From assembly GCF_006345805.1 (NCBI RefSeq), contig NC_043000.1:148428001-148492000 (forward strand): 64,000 bases of DNA, read 5' to 3'. Position 1 is the first letter of the stretch; each line of letters begins with the position of its first letter. Positions 51,823 to 64,000 of the stretch are shown one piece after another. Under the pieces are notes generated by a model. That model was not told the origin of the DNA. It saw nothing but the letters and a program-made list of their open reading frames with translations, and did no database searches. A program made the translations under genes and the position numbers. The DNA is from Octopus sinensis. Its lineage: Eukaryota.

Positions 51823-52657
51823 CAGAGTGCGATCGGTAAATTGTTGCCATTTTATATTCTTAATTTCGCGTATACGCATTGTTTGTTTTTTGATTTTATC
51901 AGCTACACAGTATAGTAAGGTCAGTTGGGAACCGTCTCTGAGAAAAACAGCCCCATGACGCAATTCACTTAGCCAAAAATTTGGAAACGACATTCTGTAC
52001 TACTTGGCATTTGCGCTGTAAGTTCCAACGCAAACATTTCGGAGTGTTTGGGTGTCAATCTGAGGACTGCAATCTGAGGGCATGTACTGAGAGCGATAAA
52101 AACCAAACATCCAGTCAACATCATGGTGTTTGGAGTGATCACTAGTGATGGCGACGTTATGCTTTCATTCATCTTCTCACACGACCTGGGCCAAGAGCGT
52201 AGCTACTGGAAGACCCTATGTCTGGCAACAGCACTCTGCACCATGCTACACAAGCATGAGAACCCAGTCATGGCTATCAGACAATTTCTGCGACTACATC
52301 ACCCCTAACATATGGCTACCTAACTCCACAGACTGCAACCCTCTTGATTATTATGTGTGGGGCTCCATTGAGTGAGAGACCAACAAAACTCCTTGCAACA
52401 CCAAAGATGAACTGAAGGCAATGATTATGGCAGCATTCACCAATTTAAATAAGGCGACTGTCCAGAAGAGTTGCAGGAGATTCCGATGTCGTCTGGAGGC
52501 CGTGATTGAAGCCAGTGGCGATTTTATTGAATAAATTTACTCTTTAGTATTTCAAGATATCTTTATGTAATTTTGGTAAATATATCTGTTAAAATAAGAT
52601 GTCCGTGTTATTTTCATTTTTGCAAAATTTAGACGACAGTTTATTCACTGTACCCTG
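51823..52657 (+). mobile_element. maT (DD37D) Tc1/mariner element, internally deleted
   Basis: IMVFGVITSDG; WQQ(H)SAPC...NSTDCNPLDYYVW with 37 residues between the second and third catalytic positions (the second D is mutated to H); imperfect TIRs. Confidence 0.85.
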
Positions 52658-53290
52658 TTGGTTGGCATCCTTTTTGTCTCGGGAGATAATGGAGTTGCGC
52701 ATAAAGTAGTCTAGTCCGGCTTTTACATTTCATGTTCTGATACATTTCCTGCTGTGGCTGTGTAGTCCTATCCTGGAGAAACACTCCCTCTGGCAGGTAC
52801 CGCAAATGTAGCGAAGACTGTTCCTGGCTGGTTGTAATGCCATAGTTTCTTGTTAACGTCTTTTCTTGTCTTTCCATTTCTCCTCTCTCTCTCTATCACT
52901 CCTTTGTATTCCCTCTCTGACGGTACGTCGCCAGTCTCCATGGTTGCCGGCAACTGCCTCCCAACCGCTAATATTGATGTTGCAGGCCTTCATGTCCCTT
53001 TTGCAAACATCCTTGTATCGTAAGAGCGGTCTACCCACAGACCTAGTACCCCTAGCAAGCTCTCCGTAGAGTATGTCCTTGGGGATTCTGCCATCTTTCA
53101 TACGGCTAACATGCCCAAGCCATCTCATACATCTTTGTGTGAGGAGTGCAAACATGCTTGGTATTCCTGCTTGCCTGAGGACATCTTTGTTGGGGATATG
53201 GTTCTGCCATTTGATGCGGAGGATTTTCCGGAGGCAGCGCAGGTGAAAGATGTACCCTGTACATACATACAAATTGCTTGCATTTCATCT
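52658..53290 (-). mobile_element. RTE-clade LINE 3' end
   Basis: FHLRCLRKILRIKWQ...RWLGHVSRM.DGRIPKDILYGEL...GRPLLRYKDVCKRDM; 3' UTR ATCTCCCGAGACAAAAAGGATGCCAACCAA. Confidence 0.92.
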
Positions 53291-53304
53291 TTGGGTTACA
53301 GGAA

Positions 53305-53880
53305 AAGTTAGTTAGTTAGTTAATTTGGCTCAAAAGCAAATAGCAAGGCCATGTAGGGGGACATGGAGTTAAGTACAGGGTGGTGTTCATGTAAAGAGTT
53401 CAGGCCACTTGAGGTCAAGGGAGGCTTTGAACAAAGCGGTCGTCAGCATCTTCACCATCTCGTCTGGCAGCTTGTTCCACGGATCCGCAACCCGGACGGA
53501 GAAAGCTCCTCTCCTTCGATTGAGATGAAATCGTCGCAGGTAGAGCTTTTCGGAATGACCCCGCAGCCGACGCTCTGAAGCAGGAGTGAAGAACAGCTTT
53601 TTCGAGAGGTTACACTTTCCGCTTATGATGTTGTGGGCGAGAATGAGATCACCACGGCGGCGGCGTTTTTCAAGAGAATAAAGGTCGAGCGTCCTCAGCC
53701 TTTCTTCATAGGACAAATTTTTGAGACCATGAACCATGCGGGTAGCCAGCTTCTGGACTCTTCCGAGATGCTGTATGTCTTTGAGGAGATAAGGAGAAGA
53801 GGCTTGAATCCCGTACTCCAATATGGGTCTCACCAGCGTGACATAGAGTGGTAGGAATATGGCTGCTGTGAGCAAAAGAG
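53305..53880 (-). mobile_element. CR1-clade LINE 3' end with (AACT)n tail
   Basis: ORF 53387-53875: LYVTLVRPILEY, VQKLATRMV, SYEERL, RRRRGDLI, FSVRVADPWNKLP. Confidence 0.93.
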
Positions 53881-54464
53881 AATATCACTATATCGTACTG
53901 AATATCAAAAGCTACACATGTACAATAGACTTTATAAAGACAACGGTTATAGCCATTTACTGACTATAATAGCAAACTGGTATTTCTTCATGAAAGCAGA
54001 GAAGAAAATGTAAGTACTTTGTTAAGATCTATGTCTTTAAATTAAGTACCCGATCAATAACTGAATAACTGTCTTCTGAGCAAAGGAACTGGTTTATGTG
54101 AGATATTACTGAAACACCATGCAGTTTAGATGATTAAGAGAGAAGAAGAGTTATTAAACTAAACTCAAGAATCGATCGATCATGTTACGAAATGATGATG
54201 ATGATGTAGTGAAGCGTTTATCATGGACGTAAGGGGTCTGCATGTGTGTGCGTGGGTGTGTGGGTTTGTGTGTGTGTGTGTACGTGTGTGTGTGTGCGCG
54301 TGTGTGTGTGTGTGTGTGTAAAAAGACGTTAAACACTTGACAATCGAATCGATCTGTTTTACCTCATCTTTAATAGATGTCTTAGTCATATGTTTATGAC
54401 GCATAAAATTACATAGGCCGACGCAGGTTTGTTGCTGTCATCGTTGATGCTGCTTGTGATGGTG

Positions 54465-54569
54465 GTGGTGGTGGTGGTGGAGACGATGACGACGATGATT
54501 GTTGCAGTTGATAGTGGTTGTTGATGTCATCGTCCTAATCAACACGGTGGCGATGGTAGAGATGGGGTG

Positions 54570-54611
<42 letters not shown>

Positions 54612-54618
54612 CGACGAC

Positions 54619-54650
<32 letters not shown>

Positions 54651-54651
54651 C

Positions 54652-54695
<44 letters not shown>

Positions 54696-54717
54696 CGATG
54701 ATGATGATGATGATGAC

Positions 54718-54750
<33 letters not shown>

Positions 54751-54783
54751 GATGATGACGACGACGATGATGATGATGATGAA

Positions 54784-54815
<32 letters not shown>

Positions 54816-54837
54816 CGATGATGATGATGATGATGAC

Positions 54838-54870
<33 letters not shown>

Positions 54871-54960
54871 GATGATGATGACGACGACGACGATGATGAT
54901 GATGAAGATGATGATGACGACGACGACGATGATGATGATGAAGATGATGATGACGACGAC

Positions 54961-54992
<32 letters not shown>

Positions 54993-55005
54993 CGACGACG
55001 ACGAC

Positions 55006-55040
<35 letters not shown>

Positions 55041-55053
55041 CGACGACGACGAC

Positions 55054-55085
<32 letters not shown>

Positions 55086-55262
55086 CGACGACGACGACGA
55101 CGATGATGATGATGATGATGATGATGATGACGACGACGATGATCGGGGTAGTTGTGACGGTAGTCGTCGCCATCGCCGACGCGGTAGTGGTGGTGGTGGC
55201 GGTGGTGGTTGTGGTGGCGGCGGCGGCGGCGGTGGCGGTGGCGGTGACGGTGACGTTGGTAG
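54465..55262. repeat. About 570-bp (GAT/GAC/GAA)n array with GGT/GGC-rich flanks
   Basis: Read directly. Confidence 0.95.
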
Positions 55263-55459
55263 GAGGAAGGTGATGAGACATTTGCTGATCGATGCTTAAT
55301 CATTTGATTAATCATTTCGTTAGTTTCTTGTGTTTTGTTTCTTTGTTCTGGAGAGTAAATATTTGTAGGTTAATCCCTTCATTTTGTACATATTCCCTGC
55401 CTCATCTTATCGAAAAACAAAATGTTTTCTAATATGCAGATTCAGATATTCAGTTTCTT

Positions 55460-55670
55460 TGTATGTATGTATGTATGTATGTATGTATGTATGTATGTAT
55501 GTAGGTATGTATGTATGTATGTATGTATGTATGTATGTATGTATGAATGTTTGTATGTATGTATGTATGTATGTATGTATGTATGTATGTATGAATGTAT
55601 GTATGTATGTAGTATGTATGTATGTATGATGTATGTATGTATGAATGTATGTATGTATGTATGATGTATG

Positions 55671-55701
<31 letters not shown>

Positions 55702-56310
55702 TGTATGTATGTATGTATGTATGTATGTATGTAGGTATGTATGTATGTATGTATGTATGTATGTGTTGTATGTATGTATGTATGTATGAATGTATGTATG
55801 TATGTATGTATGTATGTATGTGTTGTATGTATGTATGTATGTATGTATGTATGTATGTATGTATGTATGTATGTATGTTTGTATGTATGTATGTATGTAT
55901 GTATGTATGTATGTATGTATGTATGTATGAATGTATGTATGTATGTATGTATGTATGTATGTTTGTATGTATGTATGTATGTATGTATGTATGTATGTAT
56001 GTATGTATGTATGAATGTATGTATGTATGTATGTATATATGTATGTAGGTATGTATGTATGTGTGTATGTATGTATGTATATATGTATGAATGTGTGTAT
56101 GTATGTATGTATGTATGTATGTATGTATGTATGTATGTATGTGTGTATGTATGTATGTATGTATGTGTGTATGTATGTATGTAGGTAGGTAGGTAGGTAT
56201 GTATGTGTGCGTGTATGTATGTATGTATGTATGTATGTATGTATGTATGTATGTATGTATGTATGTGTGTATGTATGTGTGTGTGTATGTATGTATGTAT
56301 GTATGTATTG
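55460..56310. repeat. (TATG)n array
   Basis: Read directly. Confidence 0.97.
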
Positions 56311-56393
56311 CCGAAGGCATGATAACATCTCCAGCGTTGTGCCATCCACTGCATTCTGTAAAAAGTTTGGTACTAGAGAGTACATTGAACTGC

Positions 56394-56430
<37 letters not shown>

Positions 56431-56536
56431 TATATATATATATATATATTATATATATATATACATACATACATACATACATACATACATTTTCTCTCTG
56501 TTTTTTTGATTCTCCATTTTTTTCCTTCTTAATCCT

Positions 56537-56570
56537 TTTCTGTCGAAGAGCATAGGCTTGAAACGTAAAA
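56537..56570 (+). ncRNA. Degenerate minimal hammerhead motif
   Basis: TTT | CTGTCGA | A GAGC ATAG GCTT | GAAAC GT A | AAA. Confidence 0.55.
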
Positions 56571-56654
56571 TACCTTTCCATTCTTCCCGAGCGTTAAACT
56601 AATACACCTACTTGTTGTTGCTACGTCGTCTTGTTTTCTGTAAATTTGAACTAT

Positions 56655-57072
56655 ATACTCTTTTACTCTTTTACTTGTTTCAGTCATTTGACTGCGGCCA
56701 TGCTGGAGCACCGCCTTTAGTCGAGCAAATCGACCCCGGGATTTATTCTTTGTAAGCCCAGTACTTATTCTATCGGTCTCTTTTGCCGAACTGCTAAGTG
56801 ACGGGGACATAAACACACCAGCATCGGTTGTCAAGCAATGCTAGGGGACAAACACAGACACACAAACACACACAAACACACATATATATATATATATATA
56901 CATATATACGACAAGCTTCTTTCAGTTTCCGTCTACCAAATCCACTCACAAGGCATTGGTCGGCCCGGGGCTATAGCAGAAGACACTTGCCCAAGATGCC
57001 ACGCAGTGGGACTGAACCCGGAACGATGTGGTTGGTAAGCAAGCTACTTACCACACAGCCACTCCTGCGCCT
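56655..57072 (-). mobile_element. OK-type SINE
   Basis: Family match, full length. Confidence 0.9.
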
Positions 57073-57123
57073 AATATATATATATTATGTATATATACAT
57101 ACATATATATATGTGTATGTATG

Positions 57124-57229
<106 letters not shown>

Positions 57230-57634
57230 TATATATATATGTACATATATATAATAAATATAATCGCGTGTATATCATGCATATAAATTGGCGTGTTCAT
57301 GGCTATGTATACATATGCATATGAATGTGTGTGTGTGTGTGGTGTGTGTGTTTGATATTGTATTTTCACACTAAGAGGAATTATAAATATTGAAAAAGCA
57401 CTTAAAATTTTTAGTTAAAGTGGAATAACAATTTAGTCAGCGTAAGTCGCTACTCAAAGCTTTCCGTTCGCGATTGACAACCAAAGAGCAGCGACTCGGT
57501 GTGGTGGCTCAGGAAGGTTTTAGTTGGACTAAATTATACGTACACACACAGACACAGACGCGCGCGCACACACACACACACACATACACACACATACATA
57601 CATACATACATACATACATACATACATACATACA

Positions 57635-57665
<31 letters not shown>

Positions 57666-58006
57666 GTCTGATATGATGGAGCCATAAATGAGAGGATCTG
57701 GAATGAATACCTTAGGAGAATAAAGAGAACATGGCCATCTGAATTCTCAACTTACAACAAGAATATTACCATAACACCTTTGCAGTACCTGTCCCCACAC
57801 CTACGTTTGGCCATCTGGACTGGTCACTACAGGAACAAAACTTTACTCCAAGAAAATACATACATACATGCATACACTTGTTCGCACGCGCACATACACA
57901 CGTATATCTGTATGTGCGTATATTTGTCTGTAAGTATGTATATATGTATGTATGCATGTATGTAATAATGCATGTATGTATACACACCCATATATACATA
58001 TATGTT

Positions 58007-58315
58007 GGAGGCGCAATGGTCCAGTGGTTAGAGGAGCGGACTCGCGGTTGTAGGATCGTGGTTTCGATTCCCAGTCCGGGCATTGTGAGTGTTTATTGAG
58101 CGAAAATAGCTACAGCACTACGAGGCTCCGGCAGGGGTTGGTGGCGATCCCTGCTGCACTCTTTCGCCACAACTTTCTCTCACTCTTTCTTCTGTTGGCC
58201 TGCTCGCTTAGCCAGCGAGGTAGCGTCATTTGAAGGCTAAAATAACGCGAAGCGCATTGTGACCAGCGATGTGTAGCAACATCTGATAGCCTGGTCTGTC
58301 ACGGTGATCACGGTA
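58007..58315 (+). mobile_element. OR1-headed SINE with a different 3' tail
   Basis: Matches 9521 up to about CTCTCACTCTT, then an unrelated tail ending GGTCTGTCACGGTGATCACGGT. Confidence 0.85.
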
Positions 58316-59359
58316 ATATACATACATGTAAGCAGGAATGAATTAAATATAGTTTACTGCTTTTCCATGCTGTGTTTCGTGCTCTGTAGAGGATTTCTTA
58401 CATTGTTGCGATTCAAGAGAACGTTTTCTCTTGAATAACAGTTTAATTGAAGTCTTTCTTTATATGTATCACCTGGTCATAATGCTTATCTGAGTACACG
58501 CATGGTGAAATATGTGCAGGGGATGTCGGATAGCTTTGCAAAGTCTTTACTATAACATTAGTGTCTATTCGTCTTCAAATTTAATGTTACCATCAAAAAG
58601 TTAACAGCGCTCATATTCGTCTATATTTTGAATTCGACCCTTGAAATTTAAGTATCTAGATCGCTTAACTGGTGATAAAACACGAGGCAGTCTAAGATAA
58701 ATTGACTAAATTACTGTTTAACCCTTTAGTGTTCAGATTACTCTGTTAAATGTAATACTTTTCCACTCAAATTGTTTTTAATTAATCATTTATTATGTTA
58801 TAGCTTTGAGGTTTCAATGACGTGATTGTTTATTTTTAGAATGTCAATACAGGTTAGGTGTGAGAGGCTGGATCTGGCCAGTTTGAATATAAAACATGTA
58901 GAATATTTGGGCTGGATATGGCCGGTTTAAACACTAAAGGGTTAATATTGATGTGAGGAAGTGAAGTTAAATGTCTCCATCCAACTTGAGGTCGTTTGAA
59001 TAGAAAGACTAATTCTTTAATCCAAAGATTAGTTATTTATTTGGTTAGGCGATGAAATGAAGAAATACCAGCCCAAATAAACTTTTTCTGGTACAACAAA
59101 ATGTCGTTGGTGGAAACATCGAGTCATAGTTCAAAACAGTCCATTTTTGATACGGGTACAAGAATTATTTTAAAGCATGGATCCAACAGGTTAAATTAAC
59201 CCTGTAGATATTGATACATATTTTAACAATTTTGCAAGAATCAAAAGTGAAGTCGATCCTGGTGGGTTTGATCTAAGAACACGAAGGAGCATAAGTAAAT
59301 AAGCTCGTCCGACACTCTTCCGATCTGCCAATGACATTATATAAACACATTTCGCAGCG

Positions 59360-59610
59360 CCAGTTATATTTTACTTGTTATAGTTATTGGGCTGCAGCCA
59401 TGCAGGGACACTGCCTTCAAGAGTTTAACCGAACAAATCAACCACAATATTTATTTATTTTTTTTAAAGTCTGGTACTTATTTCATCGTGTCCTTTTGCT
59501 GAACTGTTAAGTTGCGAAGGCGTAAACAAACCAACACTGGTTGTCGAGAGACGGGGATGAGACAAACATAACCCTAACACAAATTCATGCACACACACAT
59601 ATGTATATGT
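59360..59610 (-). mobile_element. Old OK-like SINE 3' half
   Basis: Degenerate CAGCCATGCAGGGACACTGCCTT...CTGGTACTTATTTCATCG...AAACCAACACTGGTTGTC. Confidence 0.65.
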
Positions 59611-59649
59611 GTGTGTATACATACATATGTGTGTATATATGTATATATA

Positions 59650-59739
<90 letters not shown>

Positions 59740-60145
59740 TTAGATAAAACTTAGATATGTTTCGACCAGAGATTGGTCCAGGCCATGTCTAACTTAATAG
59801 CACCACCTGATAGGATTATTCGAATCCTGTTTAAGTCAAGTTTTGTTCAAGTAGTGAGTTCTTGTTGGGTGAGTTGTATCCAGTTTTGTTCAAGTAGTGA
59901 ATTCTTGTTGGGTGAGTTGTATCCAATTATGGGTGGCTTATCTGGTATTCTTTGAAGGAATCTATCCAGACTCTGTTTGAAGTTGATGGGATCCTTTTCC
60001 TCTTTGATCTCCCTCGGGACAATGTTAAATAGGGCAGGGCCTGTTGAGGAAAAGAAATTATGTTGCAGTGTACATGTATGTTGTGATCTTGAATTTGGCA
60101 GGGGACGTATAGCCCGTGGTCCAAGTCTCGGATGAACCTTGAAGC
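59740..60145 (-). mobile_element. CR1-like LINE 3' end
   Basis: HPRLGPRAIRP...FFSSTGPALFNIVPREIKE...FKQSLDRFLQRIPDKP; internal tandem duplication of about 43 bp; TCTAAGTTTTA tail repeat. Confidence 0.8.
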
Positions 60146-60694
60146 TATATATATATATAATGTTATATATTATATTTAACATTGTTTTTCCAAGTTTTCA
60201 TCTAATGAATCCACTCACAACGTTTTGGTCGCTCATCCCATCCCGGGGCTATGGTAGAAAACATTTACCCAGAGTATCGCGCCGCAGGACTGCACCCAAG
60301 ATCACATGCTTGTGAAGCAAGTTTCTCACCCACACAGCTACTCACTGCACCCACTGACCAGTATCTTATCAATTTGCAGTTCTGCACTTACGTCTATCCA
60401 GGAATCTTTTATAATCGCGAACACACTTCATGTCGTTTCCTTTCCCCAGAAAACCATATTGTCATTACCGAATGTTGTTTAACCTCCAGGTTATCCCCGA
60501 TGGAGCCAAATCTATGATTAAAGGCATTCTAACAATGACCATTCCGTAATTTGTTTTTCAGACGTTGTGTACATCGGATTACATCAAGTTTCGCCCCCCC
60601 CCCCGCCCCCACCTTTTTTCCTTATAGACGGTAGAATGTGATTTGGGGAAACTTGACTGCTATTTCTAGCTGATTAGTAGCAAAGTTCCTTCCC

Positions 60695-60870
60695 GAGTCA
60701 TATAGACTCATGGGGCCGGTTTTCTGGTTTCCACGGCGCAAATATTCCCCACCTGGACGGGACGCCGGTTCATCGCAGGATTACACAACGCGTCGTCTGC
60801 ACCAGGAATTGAAACCACAATCTTACCTTCATGAGTCCAACACCCTAAGCACTAAGCCACGCACCTCCAC
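60695..60870 (-). mobile_element. OR2-like tRNA head joined to a V-domain-like segment
   Basis: The minus strand reads GGAGGTGCGTGGCTTAGTGCTTAGGG...GGTTTCAATTCC, then CTGCGATGAACCGGCGTCCCGTCCAGG. Confidence 0.55.
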
Positions 60871-61607
60871 TCTAGCTGGTTATATTTTCGCAAAGCGGCT
60901 CCTCCATTTAACTCAAGAAAATCCTGCAATTGCAACAGATGTCATCTTCAAGTTTCTCCAGTCTATCACGTAATGTGTGTGCGCTTGTGTCAATGTGTAT
61001 TTGTGCGTGCATGTATATATGCTATTCATTTATAAACGTTTGAAATAATAGAAACAGCTGAATGTAAGGCTAAACTTTTTTCACAACATTTACTTTGATC
61101 TCACTCTCCATTCTCCGATTTCAAATCGCGCCCATTAATCTTTGCCTTTCATTCTCTTTGGAGTATATAAATTAATTATCATTAATATTCCACTGTCAAT
61201 CCATTCTATTATATACATCAAACTCCGTATGCCTCACTAACAAATCGATATGCATATGCCAGAAAGAAAGAAAGAAAAACAGTAACAATGATTGATTATT
61301 GCTTGTTTTTTGTTTCTTGGTGTTGTTTCTGACACGATTCAAGACCAATCTGTGCTAGTGAGGGTAAGTCGAATGACTCAACCAGTGGTTTTTTTTTTCC
61401 TTCTTACTGGTATTTCTTTTATCGACCTCGAAAGCAATAAATGAAAAGTGAAGTCCATTCGAGTAGTATCCGAATTCAGAACACCGAGACGAACAACAAT
61501 GAATTAAATAAATAGATAAATAAATACATAAATACTTAATGTTGTTTTCATGATCCTCATAGACAAACTAATCTCTTTGAGATTTGATATAAGCATCATG
61601 TATGGCG

Positions 61608-62275
61608 TAGGTGCAGGTGTGGCTTGAATGCGTGGGTGTGGCTTTGTGGTAAGAAGCTTGCTTTCCAATCACATGGTTCTGGGTTCAGTCCCACTGCGTG
61701 GCAATTTTGGGCCAGCGTCTTCTACTACAATCTCGGGCCAATCAAAGCCTTGTGAGTGGATTTGGTAGACGGAAACTGAAAGAAATCCGTCGAATATATA
61801 TATATATATATAAAGTTAATCCAAACAAGAAAGCACAAAAAAACGCAACAACGCGAGGACGTGGAACAAATATAGTATTATTGGACGCTCAGGAAAGAAG
61901 GGAAGAAGGAGGGTTTAACGTTTCGAGCGGAGCTCTTCATCGGAAACATAGGAGAAGGAAAGATCCAGAGAAGGGAAGACAGAGGAAAAAAAATCGCCAA
62001 CGGTACACACGGGGTCACATTTTGAAAGACCGGATGCACGTGAACGTGCACGCATCTTTGTGTCTGCGTTTCACTACCACCACCACCACCAAAGCTTGGA
62101 AACCGATGTTGATATGCTTACGTTCCCATAGCTTAGCGGTTTGGCAAAAGGGACCGATATAATAAGTACCAGGCTTTAAAAATATACTGGGGTCGATTCG
62201 TTCGACTAAAATTCTTTAGGTTTTGCTCTACCATGGCCGCAGTCTAATGGCTGAAACAAGTAAAAGATAAAAGAT
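61608..62275 (+). mobile_element. OK-like SINE split by a Penelope-like fragment (61813-62027)
   Basis: SINE head to (TA)n at 61608-61812; the SINE 3' half resumes at about 62050. Confidence 0.8.
61913..61947 (-). ncRNA. Minimal hammerhead motif, one core mismatch
   Basis: GTTT | CCGATGA | A GAGC TCC GCTC | GAAAC GT T | AAAC. Confidence 0.7.
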
Positions 62276-62592
62276 AGAGGATACATATGAATGAATGAAT
62301 GAATGAATGAATGAATGAATGAATGAAACAGCTGCATCCCTTAGACAGCTTTTCTTCTTCTTTAACAGTATGGGGGAAAGAGCGGGAAGCGACGAGATTG
62401 CCGAACATGCGAAATACGTCCTCTCCCACCTCTATTTTTCCCTCCTTCTCTCTCCCTCTTGCATATTGACACGAAGACACAAAGACACGCATATTGAAAA
62501 TGGAAGAAAGAAGACAGAATTATTAGGGTCTTATTCAGACTTCAATCCTGCAAATATACTGTCCTTGATTTATTTCGATTACTGAAGCGATA

Positions 62593-63115
62593 TCAGTTCA
62601 TCCCATAAGTTCTGTCCGAATTTTTAATAAAGAAAACAAGTGATTATGATTGTTATATTTAATTGAAATTTAATCATCAATGTACTTTCCCTGATTATCT
62701 ATGACTTCCTTCCATCTATTTACAAGCTTTTTAATCCCATCAATGTAAAACTCTTTTGATTTCAAAGCGAAGAACTCTGAAATGTCAGTTTCGACCTCCT
62801 CCTGACTTGCGAAAGTTATGTTCCCCAAATGATTCTGTAAACTACGAAACAAATAGTAGTCTGAAGGAGCAAGGTCGGGAGAATAAGGTGGACGAGGAAT
62901 TTTTTCCCAACCAACTCTTCGAACTTCTGTAATGTGATCTTTGCAGTGTGGGGTCGCGCATTGTCCTGATGAAACATCACTCCTTTTCGATTCACTAAAG
63001 CGGGTCTTTTTTTCTTCAAAGCTTGATTCAAACGCTCTAATTGATGACAGTAGACTTGAGCATAGATTGTTGCATTTGGTGGTAACAATTCAAAGTGAAT
63101 TACTCCTTTGCAATC
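62593..63115 (-). mobile_element. Mariner (DD34D) 3' half
   Basis: GVMFHQDNARPHTA, frameshifted PPYSPDLAPSDYYLFRSLQNHL, GIKKLVNRWKEVIDNQGKYIDD*; end at TA|TCAGTTCATCCCATAAG. Confidence 0.92.
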
Positions 63116-63834
63116 CCCGAAAGATGAAAGGTGAAGTCGACCTCTGTGGAATTTGAACTCAGGACGTAAAGACGGACGAAACGCCGGTAAGTATTTTGCC
63201 CGGCGCGCTAACGATTCTACCAGCTCACCGCCTTGAGTAGGTACAAATATAACTTTCACATTTTTACACAAGACCAGCAATTTTCGGGGAGTGAGTAAGT
63301 CGATTACGCCAACCCCAGTGCTCAACTGGTACTTATTTTATCGATCCCGAAAGAATGAAAGGAAAAAATCGACCTCGGTGGAATTTAAACTCTTAACATA
63401 AAGTCGGACGAAATGCCTATTTCTTTACTACCCACAAGGGCCTAAACACAGAGAGGACAAACAAGGACAGACAAACGGATGGAGTCGATTATATCGACCC
63501 CAGTGCATAACTGGTACTTATTTAATCGACCCCGAAAGGATGAAAGACAAAGTCGACCTCGGCGGAATCTGAACTCAGAACGTAACGGCAGACGAAATAC
63601 CTATTTCTTTATTACCCACAGGGGGCTAAACACAGAGGGGACAAACAAGGACAGACATAGGTATTAAGTCGATTATATCGACCCCAGTGCATAACTGGTA
63701 CTTATTTAATCGACCCCGGAAGGATGAACGACAAAGTCGACCTCGGCGGAATTTGAACTCAGAACGTAGCGGCAGACGAAATACCGCCTAGCATTTTGCC
63801 CGGAGTGCTAACGTTTCTGCCAGCTCGTCGCCTT
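63113..63834 (-). mobile_element. Deu/Nin-type SINE multimer (3 tandem units) plus a separate copy
   Basis: Junctions at about 63418 and 63602 match the 3790 junction; a separate head+core copy lies at 63113-63234. Confidence 0.9.
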
Positions 63835-64000
63835 GAGAAAAGAAATGAATTTTTAAAAGTTTTGAAGCACGAAATTAAGCGATTTACTTATTCAATTATG
63901 ACGGTCATTTGCATTTATCACGGTCACTGCTTAGTTTCTTTTTGTTTAGTACTCAATAATTCTGATCAATTCAGACTGACAGACTGCGTAGGTCAATCAA

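Noticed and set aside
54499-55299. Poly-Asp ORF resembling acidic shell-matrix proteins such as aspein
   Set aside because: It starts at TTG right after a stop. The first ATG gives no signal peptide, several frames are open simply because the repeat lacks stops, and the GAC/GAA variants can be explained by slippage of a few mutations.
59755-59795. GACCA-loop-TGGTC-GAAAC on the minus strand
   Set aside because: There is no CUGANGA upstream; it is more likely the 3' UTR stem-loop of the CR1-like LINE.
63255-63834. Regularly spaced direct repeats that could suggest a CRISPR-like array
   Set aside because: The units are about 180-190-nt SINE monomers with no unique spacers, in a eukaryotic context.

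Overview
AT-rich, microsatellite-dense animal DNA that is almost entirely repeat-derived and looks intronic or intergenic. The SINE families resemble those I recall from octopus (OK/OR-type), so a coleoid cephalopod is inferred, not verified. I could not identify a host protein-coding gene; nearly all long ORFs in the track are microsatellite translations or transposon remnants. Recognisable content: four tRNA-headed SINE lineages (many copies), LINE fragments (CR1-like, RTE, R4/Dong), a gag-like zinc-knuckle ORF1, mariner/Tc1/maT and hAT remnants, two non-autonomous Helitrons, a hAT MITE, several foldbacks and a 1.05-kb tandem duplication. The strongest hidden signal is RNA structure. About ten minimal type I hammerhead-ribozyme motifs from about five sequence families sit in short, microsatellite-embedded, often inverted Penelope-like terminal fragments, and one (45180-45257, minus) has a complete catalytic core. 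An HDV-like ribozyme candidate lies at the 5' end of an ORF-less RTE derivative (23777-23854). All alignments and folds were done by eye; most element boundaries are approximate.
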